The notes below the pieces were generated by a model, which made no database searches, was not told where the DNA came from, and saw only the letters and a list, made by a program, of their open reading frames with translations. DNA of 43,750 nt from Malacoraja senta. Lineage: Eukaryota. The stretch's first letter is position 1, and every line of letters starts with the position of its first letter. A program made the position numbers and the translations under genes. Below are positions 39,217 to 43,750 of this stretch, in pieces. The DNA lies in the NCBI GenBank assembly GCA_038087875.1, contig JAXLNO010000246.1, positions 250,001 to 293,750 of the forward strand. Direction: 5' to 3'.

Positions 39217-42200
39217 TTTTTTTTTTTTTTAAATTTTTATTTATTAGAAGTACATTACATCACAGCCACATACATTAATACTCGTCATTTATATCTTCTT
39301 ACAATTAATGTACTCCCTTTATTTTTTTTTTTACGCTAAAGAAAGAAAAGATTGAAAGAGAGAAGAAAGTGAAGGAAAAAGTGCAAGTGTAGAAAAGTGT
39401 AGAAAATGTAACAACAAAAAAAAAAAAAAGGACGAGGACCCTATGAAAGCGAAATTAAAAACAAAAAAAAAAAAGAGTTAAGAAATAGGCCCTAAGAAAA
39501 GAAAAGAGAGAGAGAAAAAAAGAAAAACAAATGTTTTTTTTTGAGCATCACGTAAATAGGACATACCAACTCTTCAACTATCATCCCCCCTTACCCGACC
39601 TCAATTTTTTATTTTTTTAAAGTACTTTTGCACCCTATGTTTGTAATAATTCTATAAATGCAGACCACGTCAGGTGGAAGTGATCTGGTTTACCTGCTAG
39701 GAGGAGTCTTATCTCTTCAAGGTGTAGTGTTTCAAACATATTTGAAATCCACATATTTATAGTTGGTATTGGAGCCTTCTTCCAAAATTTTAGAATTAGC
39801 TTTTTTCCAGTTATTAACCCATAATCCATTAATTTCTTTTGAAACACATTTAGTTCTGGATCATCTTCCGTTATTCCGAAGATAATCCATTCTGCTTTGG
39901 GTATCAGTCTTGTTTTAAATAACTTTGTAAAGATTTCAAAATTTCATTCCAAAATTTTTGAATTTTTGTACAGAAGACAAATGAGTGCGCTATAGTTGCT
40001 TCTTGGGATTGACATTTATCACAAATAGATGATACGTTTGGGAAAATTTATGAATTTTAGTTTTCGAATAATATAATCTATGTAAAATTTTAAATTGTAT
40101 TAAAGTGTGTCTTACATTAATCGAGCATTTATGTACTTTTAATAAGTATTCATTCCAACTTTCCTTTGAAATTTTAATAGCTAACTCTTGTTCCCAGTCT
40201 CTTCTGATACCCTCCGTAGATGGTATTTGTACATTTAAGATAATATTGTACAAATATGATATTAAGTTTGCTGATTCCGCTTTTGTCTGCATTGCCTCGT
40301 CCAGTACATCTGCTGGGTTATTATGATGATCTTTTATATATTTTTTCAAATAGTCGCATATTTGAAAGTATTTAAAATATTGATTATTTCCGAGTTTATA
40401 TTTTATTTGTAATTGTTGAAATGAAAGTAATTTTCCAGTTTCATACAAGTCACCAAGCGTTTTAATTCCTAGTCTATCCCATTGTGTATAAGCTTTATCT
40501 ATAATAGAAGGACTAAACGAAGGGTTATTGACTATAGGTAATAAAAGTGATAAGTTTCTTAATTTTAAATTTTGTTTTATTTGTTTCCAAATACGGATTG
40601 TACTATGAATAATTGGGTTCTTATTATAGTTTATGTTATTCAATTTCATTGGAGAGAGGAGGATCGCTCCAATGTTTCTAGAGGAGCAATCCTCTTTCTC
40701 CATTACAATCCAGTCTACTTGCTGGGCGGAGTTATCCATCAGTTGAATCATGTTTTTAATATTTACTGACCAATAATAATACATAAAATTGGGTAGTGCT
40801 AGACCCCCCAATACTTTAGATTTATTCAGATGGGTTTTTTGTATTCTATGTGATTTATAGTCCCATATAAAATTAGTGATATCTGAGTCGAGTTTTTTAA
40901 AAACTTCTTAGGTAAGTATATAGGAATTGATTGAAATAGGTATAAAATTTGTGGTAAAAAGATCATTTTTATTGCGTTTATTCGGCCTATTAAAGACATC
41001 GGAAGCGTTTTCCAGAATTTAATTAATGTATTCAGTTTATTAAGTAGGGGGTCAAAATTTGCCCTGAGCATACCTTGATATGCTCTGGTAATTTCGATTC
41101 CCAAATATTTAAATTTTTCTGTAGCTATTTTAAAAGGGAATTTTAAAAGATGTGTTGAATCTTTCGGTTTTATTGACATAATTTCACTTTTATTCCAATT
41201 TAATTCTATATCCAGAAAAAGATCCGAAGTCTTCAATTAAATTTAATATATTTGGTATAGTGATTTGAGGTTTTGTAATATACAATAATATATCATCCGC
41301 GTATAAAGATATTTTATTATATGAGTCTTTAGTATTATATCCATGAATATCAGGGTGTATTCTAATTTTTTCTGCTAGCGGTTCAATAATGAGAGCAAAC
41401 AGCTGTGGTGATAATGAGCATCCTTGTCTATTTCCCCTTGATAGTTGAAATTTCGAGGATAATATGTTATTAGTAAGTATTCTAGCTGTAGGTTTGTTAT
41501 ATAGTAACTTAATCCATAAAATAAAATTCTCTCCCAGTTGAAATTTTTGTAATACTTTATCCATATAGTTCCATTCTACTTGATCAAATGCTTTTTCAGC
41601 ATCCAGCGAAATAATTGATAATTCTTGATCTTCAGATTTGTGTGAGTGCATTATGTTGAGTAGACGTCTCATATTATTAGAAGAATATCTCTTAGGGATA
41701 AACCCTGTCTGATCTGGGTTTATTAATTTACTAATGTATTTACTTAATCTTCTGGCTAATGTTTTCGCTAATATTTTTTGATCTGTGTTTAACAATGCTA
41801 TAGCTCTATATGAGCCAGGATCTTCTAAATCCTTATTTTTCTTAGGTATTAATGTAATCGTTGATTCCGCTAATGTATCAGGTAGTATTCGTTTTTTAAA
41901 AGCGTATTGGTACATTTTTTGTAATCTTGGTATTATTTTTTCATAAAAGTTTTTATAAAATTCATTAGTAAATCCATCAGGGCCTGGTGTTTTTCCATTT
42001 TTTAGTGAGTTTATTGTATCTTCTAATTCCTTAATTGAGATTTGTGCACCCAGTTCCTCTTGTTCCTTCAGCTCTAACTTTGGAAGATTACAGGTATCCA
42101 AGAACTTTGTGATATTATTGGAATCAATTATCGTTTTAGATGTATACAAATTCTCGTAAAATTGCGCAAATCTTTTATTAATATCCTTCGGTGTTGTTAA

Positions 42201-42422
42201 TAATTCCCCTTTATCTGATTTGATCTTTGGTATAGTATGTTCCTTTTCTCGTTTTTTTAGCTGGCGAGCCAAAAGTTTATGCGGTTTATCCCCAAATTCA
42301 AAGTGCTCTTGTTTTGTAATTTGAAAAGTCTTATAAGTTTGGCAGATAATAATTTATTTAATTTAAATTTTAAAATTATTATTTTATTATGTTTATCTAT
42401 TGTTGGATCTTTAGCATTATCT
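39217..42422 (-). mobile_element. 5'-truncated LINE-1 (L1-C), related to L1-A
   Basis: T run at 39212-39230, TSD AGTTCTGCCCCATTTTT at 39200-39216 and 42423-42439. RT motifs are shared with L1-A (EDPGSYRAIALLNTDQKIL, SLDAEKAFDQVEW, LYADD). Confidence 0.95.
39635..42420 (-). pseudogene. ORF2: L1-C ORF2 (RT to C-terminus), frameshifted
   Basis: Consecutive ORFs 41190-42272, 40826-41236, 39990-40811 and 39635-39847. Confidence 0.9.
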
Positions 42423-43296
42423 AGTTCTGCCCCATTTTTATCCCTCCATCAGTACTATCCCACTGTATGTCAGTCCATCAGTGGACGGAGAGAGGGCAGC
42501 CCAGAGAGGGGAATAGAGAGCGTAGGGTAGAGAGTAACAGTTCATAGAGAGTGACATCAGTAAGGATGGAGGGAGAGAGAAAGAGAGGAGGGTGAGGCGC
42601 TGCATCATTCGCTGTTTTATTTAGGTTGAGGACAATTCTGAGGCGACAATGTTTCTGTTCTCTGAGTGTCGTGAGTCTTTGGGTCGTTCCTCCACAGAGG
42701 TGATGAAGGAAGGCAGAGAATGTTATTGTCCCATGGTATAGTCAGATCTATTCCAGGCAAGCAGGGAGTGAATGGTTCCGGGGGTCAGTCAGCGGGAGTG
42801 TGGGGTTGAGGTCACAGTCAGTGAAGCCGCGATCATATTGAGTGGTGAAGCAGAGTGGAGGGGGGGGGGGCATTTTAGTCCGAGGTGATGTGTTGAACTA
42901 ATTCCTCAACCTGTGGACAAAGGTCGCCCAGTCCAGTCCACCTTCAAACTGGGCACCACAAGCCCTGAGAGGGTCCCTGGAATTTGGCATTGCCTTGCTG
43001 AGTGAAACGGATTGAAGGAAATCAGACAAACAACATGAGGTGGAGAGTTGGATCTGATGGAGTTTGAAACAATATCCCCTTTGCTGGAACAATGCCGCCG
43101 CTCCCAATTTCCATCCCTCAGTGTCTATCGCCACAATTCCCAGTCTTTGGTGTTTCTCAATCAATTCCCTGATTAAATCACAACCTGTCTCAGCAGGGAT
43201 TTCACTGGGCTGATGTCATCTGTTTGTGAATCATTTCTAAATCTCTATTTTTAAACTCTGTTGAAACTTCACTGTCCCGGTGGAGACGGGAAATGG

Positions 43297-43303
43297 TATA
43301 AAA
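43297..43303 (+). promoter_or_regulatory. Candidate TATA box for the GPCR gene
   Basis: TATAAAA 86 nt upstream of the ATG at 43383. Confidence 0.5.
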
Positions 43304-43382
43304 TCTCCAGGAATGTTCTGCCCAGCATTTCATTCCGAGACATTACCGGTAGCTCACGGGGACACGTCGCTGGGCAGAGAAA

Positions 43383-43458
43383 ATGGGGCAGCATATTTAT
43401 GAATATTTCGCCGTGCAGAAAATCGTGTACGTGATCATTGCTGCTGTTGGAGTCCCTG
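43383..43458 (+). CDS. First coding exon of a probable GPR139/GPR142-like class A GPCR; the rest lies outside the window
   Basis: AAAATGG Kozak context and MGQHIYEYFAVQKIVYVIIAAVGVP-G|GTAAGT phase-1 donor. A short N-terminus with TM1 Y..IAAVGVP broken by an intron matches my recollection of this family. Confidence 0.7.
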
Positions 43459-43750
43459 GTAAGTGAGCAGAACAATTCAAGTTTTATAACTCCATCCGTG
43501 TGTTAACTGGTGTTGACCTGATTCTCATCATGTTACAAGTTCCCAACTGATGATCGTTGTACAAGAATATGTGAAGAATATCAATCCTCTCAGTGAAATA
43601 TTTGTGAATTAACGCTGCTGTGATTTGTCTTATTTTCAGACAGCTGAAACTAACCCTCTTTTTCTCTCACTGCTGCCGGCCGGGAGCCACTAGAATGTTG
43701 TTCTTGCCTTCAGTGGGACCTTGCCCAGAGTTGTCCCAGTGCTCGGGACA

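Overview
Eukaryotic, repeat-dense DNA. V-type SINEs, CR1 and Penelope-like remnants and a GPR139-like exon suggest a cartilaginous fish (inference). Left to right: (1) a full-length, nearly intact + strand LINE-1 (703-7166) nested with a 16-bp TSD inside an older - strand LINE-1 (<1-12102); (2) SINEs and a hAT-like MITE inside a CR1 tail; (3) a complete ~5.05-kb DIRS1-type tyrosine-recombinase retrotransposon (15254-20305, -) whose ITRs, ICR and 3-nt recombination core are all readable; (4) a rearranged gamma/epsilon-type endogenous retrovirus (env end, partial LTR, integrase tail, env, LTR; 26520-30028, -); (5) a 5'-truncated Rex1/Babar LINE inside a 109-bp CR1-derived tandem repeat; (6) a two-copy ~3.5-kb tandem unit that reads like a small spliced Pol II transcription unit with a TGCATG-rich 30-bp intronic minisatellite, the copies separated by an AFC-like tRNA SINE; (7) a 5'-truncated LINE-1 with a 17-bp TSD; (8) a TATA box and first coding exon of a probable GPR139/GPR142-like GPCR at the right end. 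No prokaryotic systems, CRISPR arrays, rRNA or true tRNA genes were seen. All family assignments come from motif recognition by eye; no searches were run.
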